Origin: Limnochordales bacterium
GTDB taxonomy: Bacteria; Bacillota; Limnochordia; Limnochordales; DUMU01
Reading direction: 5' to 3'
DNA length: 64,000 nt
Assembly: GCA_014896315.1 (NCBI GenBank)
Contig: JADBKP010000001.1
Coordinates: 393,557-457,556, forward strand
This document shows, in pieces, positions 1 to 9,714 of this stretch. Numbering within the stretch: position 1 is the stretch's first letter; each line of letters starts with the position of its first letter. Both the position numbers and the translations under genes were made by a program. The notes under the pieces were generated by a model. The model did no database searches, was not told where the DNA came from, and worked only from the letters and a program-made list of their open reading frames with translations.

Positions 1-487
1 ACCGGCCTGCCAGGGGCACTCCGGCGTCACGGAGCAATTCGATGATACCCGCAGGTGTGCAGGCAATGAAACCGGGTAGACCTGCGAGGAGCCGGCCGGC
101 GTTGACCGGATGGAAGCCGTCAACGTCTTTTTCCGGGCGAATCGCCTCCAGCACCTCAGCCTCCATCTTGCGATCGGGCAACGGCAGTTGCACCAGGATC
201 CCGTCCACTTCCGGATTCTCGTTCAATTCGGCCACCGTCGCGAGCAACTGCTCCCGGCTCACGTGGGCCGGCAGCCGCCGCACAAAGGACCGCATTCCCA
301 CCTCGGCACATGCCTCTTCCTTCTTCTTCACGTAGATGTGGGATGCGGGATCATCACCGGCTAAGATGACCGCCAGGCCCGGAGGGCGTCCTGCCGCCGC
401 CACTACCGCCGCCACCTCGGTTTTGATCTGCCGGCGCAAACGTCGTGCCAGCGATCTACCGTCGAGAATCCGCGCTTCCGTCAACAA
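1..487 (-). CDS. folD: Bifunctional methylenetetrahydrofolate dehydrogenase/cyclohydrolase FolD, N-terminal ~160 aa; the 3' end lies beyond the window edge
   Basis: Absent from the ORF track because it is open at the window edge. My minus-strand translation from TTG (487 or 484) reads LLTEARILDGRSLA..PGLAVILAGDDPASHIYVKKKEEACAEVGM..VDGILVQLPLP..DVDGFHPVNAGRL, which is FolD-like. A GGAGGTGA Shine-Dalgarno (SD) motif sits directly upstream. Confidence 0.85.
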   Translation of the reverse strand, partial: MLTEARILDGRSLARRLRRQIKTEVAAVVAAAGRPPGLAVILAGDDPASHIYVKKKEEACAEVGMRSFVRRLPAHVSREQLLATVAELNENPEVDGILVQLPLPDRKMEAEVLEAIRPEKDVDGFHPVNAGRLLAGLPGFIACTPAGIIELLRDAGVPLAGR

Positions 488-581
488 GTTCACCTCCAGA
501 AAATCCAGAAAAAAAGGAGAGCCGCCGGGCCTGGCGAACCGTTTTACTGCACGTACCACCCGCTACAGGAGGATCAGGACA

Positions 582-941
582 GTGAAATACAACCCAACCA
601 GTCCTGTATTTCGTGTCCGACCTCGCAGCCCACTACCCCCAGGGAAAGACCACCAGCCGGTGGGCAGCGCTCCCCGGCGGCTTATAGCTGTGGGCTTCCG
701 TCCCACTGACAATCCACCCCGGCCGGTGGTCTTCTGGGAACTCGACGGCCACTCCCGCTATCGCATGCGGCGCATCACCAGGATTCGTCGCGACTGGTTC
801 GACGACTGGCGCAACCACTGTTTCGAAGTGGAAGCAGATGGCCGGGTGTACTACCTCGCCCATCATCGTTCTCTGCTTACCAGCCGCTACGGACGCTCAT
901 ACTGGATTCTGATCGACGCCAAGGCCCCCCCGTCTATCTGA
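582..941 (+). CDS. Hypothetical small protein (119 aa)
   Basis: GTG start preceded by AGGAGGA at 8 nt, inside track ORF 336..941. The C-terminal part reads RDWFDDWRNHCFEVEADGRVYYLAHHRS..YWILID and I recognise no family with confidence. Confidence 0.4.
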   Translation: MKYNPTSPVFRVRPRSPLPPGKDHQPVGSAPRRLIAVGFRPTDNPPRPVVFWELDGHSRYRMRRITRIRRDWFDDWRNHCFEVEADGRVYYLAHHRSLLTSRYGRSYWILIDAKAPPSI

Positions 942-957
942 ACTCGATCCTTGACGT

Positions 958-1929
958 CTACGTCCACCAAGGCGTCGCCGGCTGCTCCCGCAGGATGGCT
1001 GCCTTGAGCGTCTCCACAGCCTTGCGGAAGCCTTCGTCGATGGAAGCCATGGCGTCCTCATGCTCAATGCTGAGTACGCCGTCATAGCCTACCGTCCGCA
1101 GCGCGGAGACGATGTCCTTCCAGGTCTTGAGGTCATGCCCGTACCCTACGGAACGGAAAGTCCAGGACCGGTGCGGAATGTCCTGATAGGGTCGGGCATC
1201 CAGCGCGCCATCCACAGCCGTATTATACGGGTCGATGTACGTGTCTTTGGCGTGGAAATGGTACAGTGCCCCGGCCTCGCCCAGCTTGCGGATGGCCGCA
1301 ACCACGTCGATACCCTGCCAGAAGAGATGGCTCGGATCCAGGTTAGCACCGATGATCGGGCCAACAGCCTCACGCAGCTTCAACAGGGTGTACGGGTTGT
1401 AGACACAGAAGCCGGGGTGCATCTCAAATGCGATCCGTTCAATTCCGTGGTCGGCGGCGAACTTAGCCTCCTTTTGCCAGTAAGGAATGAGCTTCTCTTC
1501 CCACTGGTACTTCAGAATCTCGAGATAGTCGGGGGGCCAGGCACAGGTGACCCAGTTGGGCCAGCGGGCGTTGTCAGAATCTCCCGGACAACCCGAAAAA
1601 CCGACGATAGTCTTGACACCCAGTTTCTCAGCGAGCAAGACGGCGTTACGCCAGTCTTCATGGAATCTCCTGGCAATCTCCGGTTGCGGGTGCAGCGGGT
1701 TCCCGTGACAGCTAAGGGCTGAGAGCTCAAGGCCAGAGTCCTCCAGCTGCTTGCGCCATGTAGCCAGCTTATTCGGGTCGGCCAGCAACTCAGCGGGATT
1801 GCAATGCGCCTTGCCCGGATAGCCACCGCAACCGATCTCCACGGCGTCAAGTCCGTAGGACTTGACCTTGGCCAGCATCTCCCCAAACGAGAGATTCCCG
1901 AAGAGCACTGTGAACACACCTATCTTCAT
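958..1929 (-). CDS. Sugar phosphate isomerase/epimerase (xylose isomerase-like TIM barrel)
   Basis: Track ORF 958..2064 trimmed to the ATG at 1929 (MKIGVFTVLFG) with a GGAAGGAG SD. The motifs GLDAVEIGCGGYPG, ERIAFEMHPG and LSIEHED are typical of this family. Confidence 0.8.
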   Translation of the reverse strand: MKIGVFTVLFGNLSFGEMLAKVKSYGLDAVEIGCGGYPGKAHCNPAELLADPNKLATWRKQLEDSGLELSALSCHGNPLHPQPEIARRFHEDWRNAVLLAEKLGVKTIVGFSGCPGDSDNARWPNWVTCAWPPDYLEILKYQWEEKLIPYWQKEAKFAADHGIERIAFEMHPGFCVYNPYTLLKLREAVGPIIGANLDPSHLFWQGIDVVAAIRKLGEAGALYHFHAKDTYIDPYNTAVDGALDARPYQDIPHRSWTFRSVGYGHDLKTWKDIVSALRTVGYDGVLSIEHEDAMASIDEGFRKAVETLKAAILREQPATPWWT

Positions 1930-2011
1930 GGTTGGCAGCCAACTCCTTCCCTGGTTTTTCCATCCGCCCTGGTACATTTTAGCACAACCGCAACGGTGGC
2001 TTTCGAACGGT

Positions 2012-3040
2012 TCACAGCGGCAGCCGTACCGTCTCGCCGGTCTCGGCCGACTTGAGCGCAGCAATTACGATCTCCAGCGCTTTGCGGCCCTCCTCGCCGG
2101 GGATGGGCGGTGGCTCATCTTTCACCAACGCCTCCACGAAGGCATCAATTACGCCACTGTTAAACTGCCCACCTCGCTCGTTGGTCTGCAGCGGCGGCAC
2201 GGATACTTCCATCTCTCCTCGGGCAGGTTCAGCTAAAGCCAGGATCAGCGGCCGCTTCGGATCGGCAGCGATCTTCAGCATACCCCGCTCCCCGTAGAAG
2301 ATCGTACTGTTATCCTCGCCCGGCCGGTACGTCCAGCTGGCAGCCAGCACGCCAAACGTGCCGGAAGAGAACTCCAGCAATGCCATGGCATTGTCCTCGA
2401 CGGTACCTGCTTTTTCAAATCGTCGGGTAATGGCCCGGACGGAAACCACTTCTTCACCCAGAAGCCAGCGAACCAGGTCCGCCTTGTGAACCCCCAGGTC
2501 GGCCATGGCTCCGGCAAACGCCTTTTCCTTCTCGAAGAACCATTTGCCAGTGGGGCTCCAATGCTCGGGACCACCGTGACCGAAGGTGGTCTTGAAGGTG
2601 GTTATCCGTCCTAGGATGCCGCTCTCCAGGATTCTCTTGGCCACCTGGTGCATGGGAGCAAGCCGCTGGTTGTGGCCAACCATCAGTTTGACCCGGTTGT
2701 CCCTGGCCGCCCGGATCATCTCATCCGCTTCCGCCAGCGAGGTAGCCATCGGTTTCTCCACCAGCACGTGCTTGCCGGCGCGGGCCGCGGCGATGGCCAT
2801 GGGAGCATGCAGGTAGTTAGGAGTGCAGATGCTTACGGCATCGATCTCGTCGATAGCCAGAAGGTCCTCATAGTTCGTGAAAACATGCTCGACACCGTAC
2901 TCGTCGGCCAGCTTGCGGGCCTTTTCCGGGACGATGTCACAAAAGGCCACAAGCTCCACATTGGGATTGGACGCATACTCGGGAATGTGGCGATAGCGGG
3001 CGATCTGCCCGGTGCCGATTACACCGACTCTTATAGCCAT
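2012..3040 (-). CDS. Gfo/Idh/MocA family NAD(P)-dependent oxidoreductase
   Basis: MAIRVGVIGTGQIARYRHIPEY Rossmann N-terminus, plus EKPMA and GHNQR motifs. Start trimmed to the ATG at 3040, which has a G-rich SD. Confidence 0.85.
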   Translation of the reverse strand: MAIRVGVIGTGQIARYRHIPEYASNPNVELVAFCDIVPEKARKLADEYGVEHVFTNYEDLLAIDEIDAVSICTPNYLHAPMAIAAARAGKHVLVEKPMATSLAEADEMIRAARDNRVKLMVGHNQRLAPMHQVAKRILESGILGRITTFKTTFGHGGPEHWSPTGKWFFEKEKAFAGAMADLGVHKADLVRWLLGEEVVSVRAITRRFEKAGTVEDNAMALLEFSSGTFGVLAASWTYRPGEDNSTIFYGERGMLKIAADPKRPLILALAEPARGEMEVSVPPLQTNERGGQFNSGVIDAFVEALVKDEPPPIPGEEGRKALEIVIAALKSAETGETVRLPL

Positions 3041-3069
3041 CTGAACGTACTCCCCCCGTACCGTTCTTC

Positions 3070-4284
3070 TCACGCTTTGTCACCAGAACCACGCCGATCA
3101 GAAGCGGAACCATTCCCATCAGAATCGGTCCGTCCTGTCGCCAGCATCACCCCCACCTGCAGCCATGATGCAAGGCGTTCGCCGGCGCAAACCAGAAGCG
3201 AGTGGACCTCTGCCATGGCTACCTCAAGTGACATCGGTTCAGTCAGGATACTAAGTGCTGCAGCAAGCCCCCTCTCATCCGGCAGGTGAACTTCGGGCGC
3301 AATGCTGCCGGCAACCGCCACTGCCAGTCTACCTTGCGCCCGTGCCCTGCGGGCCACTCCGTACGGAACCTTCCCGTAAGCAGTCTGTCCATCCAGACGT
3401 CCCTCACCGGTGATAACCAGGTCCGCCCAGGCGATCGCTTCATCCAGGCCGACAGCATCCGCCACCAACTCCACGCCTGGCTCAAGACGAGCCGTTTCGG
3501 TGACAGCGAGCAGGCTGAACCCGACACCCCCGGCTGCGCCCGTCCCCGGAACATCTCGCACGCGTCGGCCGGCAGCCTGCTCTAGGAGATCGGCGTATCG
3601 GGCCAGATTCATCTCCAGTACTTTCACTTCCGCAGGAGAAGCCCCTTTCTGCGGACCAAAGACAGTGGCCGCTCCGGTAGGACCGAGCAGCGGGTTGGTA
3701 ACATCACAGGCCACTCTGATAGGAACGGTTCTTAGCCGCGAGTCCAGTGTGGAAAGGTCAATGGCCGCCAGGTCGGCAAGGGATCCGCCGCTCCCTATGA
3801 GCTCACGACCATCCGCAGCGAGAAGTCGTGCCCCCAGCGCCCCCAGCATCCCGCTGCCGCCGTCGACTGTGGCCGAACCGCCAATTCCGAGCAGCACTTC
3901 GGTACAGCCTGCGTCGAGCGCCTTTCGTATTAGCTCCCCCAGCCCGTATGAGGACGTACGCAGAGGTTGCCTCTCTTCCGGTGAGAGCAAGGCCAACCCG
4001 CAGCAGGCCGCCATCTCGATCACGGCTGTACGGCCTCCGGGTCCGATCCGACCGAAACGTGCCTGACACGGTCGCAACAGGGGGTCATGCACTTCGACCT
4101 CCACCCAACTCCCCCCGGCCGCTTCTACCACTACGGCAGCAGTTCCCTCTCCCCCATCAGCCATCGGCAGGAGCCGCACTTCCGCCCAGGGCATAACCCG
4201 CAAAAGGCCGCGGGCAAGATCGGCAGCAACCTCAGCAGCGGAAGCAGATCCCTTGAATTTATCCGGTGCGATCAGAATTCTCAC
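3070..4284 (-). CDS. glxK: Glycerate kinase
   Basis: GTG start. The N-terminus (M)RILIAPDKFKGSASAAEVA and a body with GGSATVDGG, ITGEGRLDGQT and GKVP are typical of glycerate kinases. Confidence 0.85.
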   Translation of the reverse strand: MRILIAPDKFKGSASAAEVAADLARGLLRVMPWAEVRLLPMADGGEGTAAVVVEAAGGSWVEVEVHDPLLRPCQARFGRIGPGGRTAVIEMAACCGLALLSPEERQPLRTSSYGLGELIRKALDAGCTEVLLGIGGSATVDGGSGMLGALGARLLAADGRELIGSGGSLADLAAIDLSTLDSRLRTVPIRVACDVTNPLLGPTGAATVFGPQKGASPAEVKVLEMNLARYADLLEQAAGRRVRDVPGTGAAGGVGFSLLAVTETARLEPGVELVADAVGLDEAIAWADLVITGEGRLDGQTAYGKVPYGVARRARAQGRLAVAVAGSIAPEVHLPDERGLAAALSILTEPMSLEVAMAEVHSLLVCAGERLASWLQVGVMLATGRTDSDGNGSASDRRGSGDKA

Positions 4285-4354
4285 CGTTTGAGTCCCCCGG
4301 GCAAATGAGCTTCTAACCTCCTGATTCGTTGCCGAAAAACCAATCCCTCCCGTA

Positions 4355-4401
4355 CAAAAAACCGGAGTCGTGCGGCTTCAAGCCTCTCCGCCCGACTCCG
4401 G
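4355..4401 (-). terminator. Rho-independent terminator candidate downstream of the tRNA cluster
   Basis: On the minus strand, CCGGAGTCG..(22 nt)..CGACTCCGG is followed by TTTTTTG. Confidence 0.5.
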
Positions 4402-4428
4402 TATCCGAACAAACCAGCAGAAAAAAGA

Positions 4429-4505
4429 TGGTGCGCCTAGCAGGATTCGAACCTGCGCACCCGGCTCCGGAGGCCGGCGCTCTGTCCCCTGAGCTATAGG
4501 CGCAC
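4429..4505 (-). tRNA. tRNA-Arg (anticodon CCG)
   Basis: Hand-folded cloverleaf: acceptor GTGCGCC/GGCGCAC, anticodon arm CCGGC-CTCCGGA-GCCGG, T-arm CAGGTTCGAATCCTG, encoded CCA. Confidence 0.9.
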
Positions 4506-4550
4506 ACAAACCTCTATTACATTATAGACCGTAAACGGCCATTCTGTACA

Positions 4551-4625
4551 TGGAGCTGGCGGAGGGACTCGAACCCTCGACCTGCGCATTACGAGTGCGC
4601 TGCTCTACCACTGAGCTACGCCAGC
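4551..4625 (-). tRNA. tRNA-Thr (anticodon CGT)
   Basis: Acceptor GCTGGCG/CGCCAGC, anticodon arm GCGCA-CTCGTAA-TGCGC, T-arm GAGGGTTCGAGTCCCTC, encoded CCA. Confidence 0.9.
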
Positions 4626-4637
4626 CTGCCAAAAACA

Positions 4638-4713
4638 TGGAGCGGATGACGGGACTCGAACCCGCGGCCCTCGGCTTGGGAAGCCGATGCTCTACCAGCT
4701 GAGCTACATCCGC
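4638..4713 (-). tRNA. tRNA-Gly (anticodon CCC)
   Basis: Acceptor GCGGATG/CATCCGC, anticodon arm TCGGC-TTCCCAA-GCCGA, T-arm GCGGGTTCGAGTCCCGT, encoded CCA. Confidence 0.9.
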
Positions 4714-4734
4714 CCGCAAACCCTGGGTCACATA

Positions 4735-4811
4735 TGGTGGGCGCAGCAGGACTCGAACCTGCGACCTCTACGATGTGAGCGTAGCGCTCTGACCAACTGA
4801 GCTATGCGCCC
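4735..4811 (-). tRNA. tRNA-Val (anticodon CAC)
   Basis: Acceptor GGGCGCA/TGCGCCC, anticodon arm CTACG-CTCACAT-CGTAG, T-arm GCAGGTTCGAGTCCTGC, encoded CCA. Confidence 0.9.
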
Positions 4812-4901
4812 GACACTCTAGCAAGTCTGATAATACGCCCGCAGGCTGCCACTGTCAAGCCGGCTAACCCCCGCACCGCGGGCGTGAAGCAAACCCTAAG
4901 T

Positions 4902-4977
4902 TGGTACCGCCAACGGGATTCGAACCCGTGTTTTCGCCTTGAAAGGGCGATGTCCTAGGCCCCTAGACGATGGCGGC
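4902..4977 (-). tRNA. tRNA-Glu (anticodon TTC)
   Basis: Acceptor GCCGCCA/TGGCGGT (G1-U72 wobble), anticodon arm TCGCC-CTTTCAA-GGCGA, T-arm ACGGGTTCGAATCCCGT, encoded CCA. Confidence 0.85.
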
Positions 4978-5063
4978 TCGCCGATTGAGTATAGCAGATC
5001 GGGCTCACCAGCGTCAACCTGGCCTGCGGGAACACGGGAGCCTCTGGCAGAGGCGGTCAAGGG

Positions 5064-6293
5064 CTAAGCACCTTGCCAATGTTTGGACCAGCGAACATTG
5101 TGCGGTGGGCTTTCGAGACGCTGCTGCAGCCGCGCCACATTCACCTCCCGAGGCTGGCAGTGCGCGGCCACGGCCAGGGCCGCGGCCACCCCCGCCGCCT
5201 GGCCAATGGAGCTGACCGTCACCATCACCCGGAAGCCTGACAGGGCTATGTGCGTCGCCGAGATGCAGCGGCCGGCCACCAGAAGCCCGTCTACTCCGCG
5301 GGGCACAAGGGCCCGGTAGGGGATGTCATACATAGGGGTGCGGTCCTGGTAGATCTTCTGACGGTCGGGCTCCCAGCTATCAAGTCCGCGATTTGAGGAG
5401 GTGATGGCGTCGGGAAAGCGGCGACCTTCCTCACAGTCGTTCTCTGTCACCATAACCTCACCGACTATGCGGCGGGATTCCCTGATCCCAAGGCGCGGCG
5501 CGACATACGTCACTGCGAAGCCCTTTTCTTCGAGGATGGCGAAATGGGGTAACATCACCTCCCAGGCCGCCCGCTCCGCCTCCCGCAGCGCCGCATCATC
5601 CGTGGTATCCGTGCACTCCACCTGGCAGCCCCAATGCAGGTACTCACCAAAGCCGATATCACGGTTGTAGTCGAAATCGGGCACGTAAGTGGAGGCGGGG
5701 TCTATGCGCCGGCTCTTGAACATCCACGTGCACAGCTGCACCTTCCGGTCGGCAACCTCGGGAGCGTGTACTTCACCAAACTCCGAGCGGGCCTCCCGGC
5801 CGTAACGATATTCGCAACCGGCGGCAAACGCGATATCCCCGTCGCCGGAACAATCAATCACCACGTGGGATCTGATCCTGAGGGTGGCCATCCCCCGGTC
5901 TGCTCCCCGCCGGACCAGGACCACCACGCCGGTGACCCGGTTGCCCTCTTTAAGGACGTCGACTGCGGTAGCCCGGGTGAACACATGCAGGTTGGGCTCG
6001 GCGGCGGCCAGCTGCCGGCAAGCATAGGCGAACCAATGGCTGCAGAAGGCCCGGCCGTGAGCTTTGTAAAGATAATCCTTCTCGGCCAGAATCCGGCGTA
6101 TCTCCTGGTTGACACCGCAGACTATCCCCGGGCTGAAAGCCTGGACACCATAGTCTACTGCTGCTCCGCCCAGCATCGCGTCTTCTTCCACCAGTATCAC
6201 GGCCGCCCCCTCGCGGGCTGCCGAGAGGGCGGCGCCGACACCACTTGGACCTCCGCCAACCACAACGACGTCGGTCCGGATCTCTTCTACCAT
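5064..6293 (-). CDS. FAD-dependent oxidoreductase (FAD_oxidored-type)
   Basis: N-terminal dinucleotide-binding motif DVVVVGGGPSGVGAALSAAREGAAVILVEE..GG. An AGGAG SD lies 9 nt before the ATG. It lies 29 nt downstream of the solute-binding-protein gene on the same strand. Confidence 0.75.
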   Translation of the reverse strand: MVEEIRTDVVVVGGGPSGVGAALSAAREGAAVILVEEDAMLGGAAVDYGVQAFSPGIVCGVNQEIRRILAEKDYLYKAHGRAFCSHWFAYACRQLAAAEPNLHVFTRATAVDVLKEGNRVTGVVVLVRRGADRGMATLRIRSHVVIDCSGDGDIAFAAGCEYRYGREARSEFGEVHAPEVADRKVQLCTWMFKSRRIDPASTYVPDFDYNRDIGFGEYLHWGCQVECTDTTDDAALREAERAAWEVMLPHFAILEEKGFAVTYVAPRLGIRESRRIVGEVMVTENDCEEGRRFPDAITSSNRGLDSWEPDRQKIYQDRTPMYDIPYRALVPRGVDGLLVAGRCISATHIALSGFRVMVTVSSIGQAAGVAAALAVAAHCQPREVNVARLQQRLESPPHNVRWSKHWQGA

Positions 6294-6322
6294 CGCTCAC
6301 TGCTCCTGTCCGTGCTCACCGC

Positions 6323-7684
6323 TTACTTCTTCTTGTTCGCCCAGTATGAGTCCAGCATCTGCTGCGCAAGCTGCTGTGCCCTCTCTGCTGCCGACTGTGC
6401 GTTGGACGTTCCGGAGATCACATCTGTAGCCATTGGGATGAGAACATTGCGAAGCATGTCGCTGTAAACCGGAGGTATCGGTATCGCCACGTCAGACTCG
6501 AGAGCTTTCAGCACGATGTCCCAGTGTTCATTGATCTGGTAGTACACGGGCAGCGTGTTGAACCCGCGGATGGGCGAAGGCCGCTTCTGTTTGAGCATGA
6601 AAACCCCGGCACCCTCCGGTTCTGCGGTTAGCCATTCGAGGAGCAGATATGCTGCGTATTGTTTATCTCTGGCAATGTTGACAGGTATGACGTACCCCCA
6701 TCCTTCGGTAACGACGCCATGATTGCCGGCTCCTGGTCGGCGACCGTTGCGGGGGAAGAGCCCCACTCCCATCCGCATTTTGGGGGCAAACTCATCCCGG
6801 TTCCAGAAAATCGAGACATTCGCCCAGAACATTCCCTGATAACCCGCCCAGAAGGCACCGATCGTAGGGTTGCCTATGTTCTTGAGGAACTGGTTTTCGG
6901 CCGACAGACCGCGGTTTATCTTCTGTGTGAAGTTGGCCATCCAGTTTAGAACCTCTATCGATTCCACACTGGTGAGATATACCTTTCGCCCATCGTCAGA
7001 GATATACCTTCCGTTGTTTGAATAAAGAAGAGGCAGGTATGCTTGTACGTTGGACGTTATGCCTATCTGCACGAAGCCGCGGTTTGGATCCCACTTGTTC
7101 AGCTTCGCAGCGAAGGTCTCGAATTCATCCCATGTCTGCGGTGCTCTATCGACAAGACCGACCTGCTCGAACATGTCCCGGTTATAGGCGATCAGATACA
7201 CCGTAGCGCCGCCGGTCGGTCCCGGCATTGAATAGGTCTTGCCGTCGACCACGAACCCATTCATCTCCTGCGGGTAGAAGTGCTCCGCGGGATTCAGCTT
7301 TCGCTCGGCCAGGAAGGAATCGATGGGAAGTAACAACCCTTCATAAGCAAAGGAGGGCACTTCATAGCGACGCAGCATGATCACGTCAGGAGGCGTGCCA
7401 CTCACAATCGATGTAATGATCTCGTCTCGCATTCCGGAGGTTGACTTGGGTACTGCCTGGACTGTGATCCACGGATAAGCCTTCTGGAAGCGGTCTATCA
7501 TCTCTTGAACCATGTCCTGCCGTTGGGCGCCCCAGTAGTGCCAGAGAACCAGCTTGACCGGCTTTTGGTTTACCCGCACCGGACGCTCCTTGTAGCTCAA
7601 AACGGCCGCCGAAGCCGATGCAGTAGCAAGAGCCAGAAGCAGCGCTATAATGGCAGAAACCTTGAAGAAACGGGCCGCCTGCAT
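6323..7684 (-). CDS. ABC transporter extracellular solute-binding protein (family 1, sugar type)
   Basis: Signal peptide MQAARFFKVSAIIALLLALATASASA, a GAGGAGGTG SD, and typical solute-binding-protein length and C-terminus (..AERAQQLAQQMLDSYWANKKK). Confidence 0.85.
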   Translation of the reverse strand: MQAARFFKVSAIIALLLALATASASAAVLSYKERPVRVNQKPVKLVLWHYWGAQRQDMVQEMIDRFQKAYPWITVQAVPKSTSGMRDEIITSIVSGTPPDVIMLRRYEVPSFAYEGLLLPIDSFLAERKLNPAEHFYPQEMNGFVVDGKTYSMPGPTGGATVYLIAYNRDMFEQVGLVDRAPQTWDEFETFAAKLNKWDPNRGFVQIGITSNVQAYLPLLYSNNGRYISDDGRKVYLTSVESIEVLNWMANFTQKINRGLSAENQFLKNIGNPTIGAFWAGYQGMFWANVSIFWNRDEFAPKMRMGVGLFPRNGRRPGAGNHGVVTEGWGYVIPVNIARDKQYAAYLLLEWLTAEPEGAGVFMLKQKRPSPIRGFNTLPVYYQINEHWDIVLKALESDVAIPIPPVYSDMLRNVLIPMATDVISGTSNAQSAAERAQQLAQQMLDSYWANKKK

Positions 7685-7820
7685 GGATACACCTCCTCAT
7701 AGGTGTGCGCCAGAAGAGTTGGTTAACCGAATTACCACTTCTACAAAAGCACCGCGAATCCTTCCAGGGACAACCTCAGCCGGTTCGCAGCTGGCACGGT
7801 CGACAAGCAACACAGGCTAA

Positions 7821-8030
7821 GATCAACCCAACTGGCCGCAGGTACTCCTCGCCCTCGATACCGACGTCGTCTTCCCTGCAGTACCGGGCTTCGACAAAAT
7901 GTACAACGCCGCTCGGGCATACATCGACCGGGCGCTCGCCGGCGACCTTGCCCCCGAAGTGGCGTTGAAGCAGGGGGCTGAGGAAGTGCAAAAGCTCCTC
8001 AATCAGTACTGGTCGAGCCAGAAGCGGTAG
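7821..8030 (+). pseudogene. C-terminal remnant (~69 codons) of an ABC solute-binding protein
   Basis: My translation reads ..VVFPAVPGFDKMYNAARAYIDRALAGDLAPEVALKQGAEEVQKLLNQYWSSQKR*, which resembles a solute-binding-protein C-terminus. It has no N-terminal part and no signal peptide. Confidence 0.45.
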
Positions 8031-8080
8031 AGAGGAGCGGTCGGCGACGGTCTGTGAAAAGGCGGACACTGAAGGAGAAC

Positions 8081-8103
8081 GGAGGGAGCGGCCCGCTCCC
8101 TCC
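8081..8103. terminator. GC-rich hairpin between the convergent SBP remnant and purA; possible bidirectional terminator
   Basis: GGAGGGAGCG-GCC-CGCTCCCTCC forms a perfect 10-bp stem. The flanking T-tracts are weak. Confidence 0.4.
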
Positions 8104-8113
8104 GTCTGGTGTT

Positions 8114-9400
8114 TCAGAACAAGAGGTCCGGATTGACCACTATGGTCTCTTCCCGGTCGTACCCCACCGAAACGAGTGCGAGCGGTGCCCCGCACAGCTC
8201 GGAGATGGCTTCCAGGTAGCGACGGGCGGCGGCCGGCAGTTCATTATAGCTACGAGCGCCGGCGGTGCTCTCCCAGCCGGGAAGCTCCTCATAAAGCGGC
8301 TGAGATTCGGCAAGTAGCCGCAGGTCGGTTGGGAGTGTCCGCCGGGTTTGCCCCCCGTAGCGGTAACCGACGCAGATCTTCACCTTCTCCAGCCCGTCGA
8401 GAACGTCAAGCTTGGTTATGGCAAGCCCGGTTATACCGTTGACCCGCACCGCAAAACGTCCGACCACCGCGTCGAACCAGCCACAGCGGCGGGGCCGGCC
8501 GGTAGTGGTGCCGAACTCCTGGCCGCGAGTCCGCAGGTGATCACCGAGCGGGCCGCGTTCTTCTGAGGGAAACGGCCCCTCACCGACGCGGGTAGTATAG
8601 GCCTTGGCCACTCCCAGAACCTTGTTTAGCCGGGTCGGCCCAAGCCCCGCCCCCACGCAGACGCCGCCCGCCGTGGGCGACGAGGATGTCACAAAAGGAT
8701 ATGTGCCGTGATCTATGTCGAGGAGAGTTCCCTGAGCACCCTCGAACAGAATGCGTTTGCCCGCCTCCGCCGCCTCGTTTACAAGTGTGACGGTATCCAC
8801 GATCCTTCCTCGCAGCCGTTCTCCGTACTCGAGGTACTGCTCCAGCAACGCTTTTTTCTCGAATCCCGGATGGTTAAAGACCTGCCGCAGCCACCTATTC
8901 TTTATGGGCAGCACCCGGTCGAGGGCCTCGCTCAGAGCCTCTCGGTCCAGAAGATCTATCATCCGGATTCCGTAGCGGGCGACCTTATCAGCGTAACACG
9001 GACCGATACCGCGGCCGGTCGTGCCAATGCGGCGTTCCCCCCGCAACTCCTCCTCCAGGCGATCCTGCTCTTTGTGGTAGGGCATGATCACCTGCGCCCG
9101 ATCACTGATGAAGAATGAACGGGTGTCTACCCCCCGTCTTTCCAGCTCCTCGATCTCGGCCAGCAGCTCCTCGGGATCGACTACCACGCCATTTCCTAGA
9201 AGACAGATAGTACCCGGATAGAAGATCCCCGAAGGAACAAGATGCAGTCGGAAGGTAGCGCCGCGAAAAACCACCGTATGCCCGGCGTTCGCTCCTCCCT
9301 GGTAGCGAACGACCATATTCGCCCGCGCCGCGAGGAAGTCGGTTATCTTCCCTTTACCTTCGTCTCCCCATTGCGCACCGACAATTGCCAGCGTCGCCAT
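8114..9400 (-). CDS. purA: Adenylosuccinate synthase
   Basis: MATLAIVGAQWGDEGKGKITDFLA, GGANAGHTV, TTGRGIGPCY and GTTTGRPRRCGW are canonical PurA motifs. Confidence 0.95.
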   Translation of the reverse strand: MATLAIVGAQWGDEGKGKITDFLAARANMVVRYQGGANAGHTVVFRGATFRLHLVPSGIFYPGTICLLGNGVVVDPEELLAEIEELERRGVDTRSFFISDRAQVIMPYHKEQDRLEEELRGERRIGTTGRGIGPCYADKVARYGIRMIDLLDREALSEALDRVLPIKNRWLRQVFNHPGFEKKALLEQYLEYGERLRGRIVDTVTLVNEAAEAGKRILFEGAQGTLLDIDHGTYPFVTSSSPTAGGVCVGAGLGPTRLNKVLGVAKAYTTRVGEGPFPSEERGPLGDHLRTRGQEFGTTTGRPRRCGWFDAVVGRFAVRVNGITGLAITKLDVLDGLEKVKICVGYRYGGQTRRTLPTDLRLLAESQPLYEELPGWESTAGARSYNELPAAARRYLEAISELCGAPLALVSVGYDREETIVVNPDLLF

Positions 9401-9538
9401 AACCGGGCCCCCGTTTCCACAAAAGCTAGATTATTATAGGCTCTACGCTAGAAAGTGTGGGTTCTAAGGGGAAAAGGCGGTACACGAGCCAAGGAATGAA
9501 TAGTCAGACAACATCCCGGAGGTAGCCCGCGACCGCTT

Positions 9539-9714
9539 ATGAAACAGGTTATCTGTAAACTGCTGGGTTTGCAATCCTGGATTCTCTACAAGGTAGACGG
9601 CAGCGGTATCAGTGCCTGGGATGCGGCAAAGTGTTCACCGAGCGCCTGCCTGGGATTCGCCTCCCGGGGACAGTAGACCTGGCGTGTCGAGGCAGAGCTG
9701 ATCTCTTCGGCTAG
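9539..9714 (+). pseudogene. Degenerate transposase N-terminal fragment (zinc-ribbon type, possibly ISL3-like)
   Basis: Two frames read KLLGLQSWILYKVDGS and RRQRYQCLGCGKVFTERLPGI, resembling the N-terminus of ISL3-type transposases. It is frameshifted and truncated, and the local GC content is visibly lower. Confidence 0.3.

Noticed and set aside
7776-8195. 139-aa minus-strand ORF between the SBP gene and purA
   Set aside because: It overlaps the 3' end of purA and the plus-strand SBP-remnant frame, which has the more convincing similarity. It has no SD.
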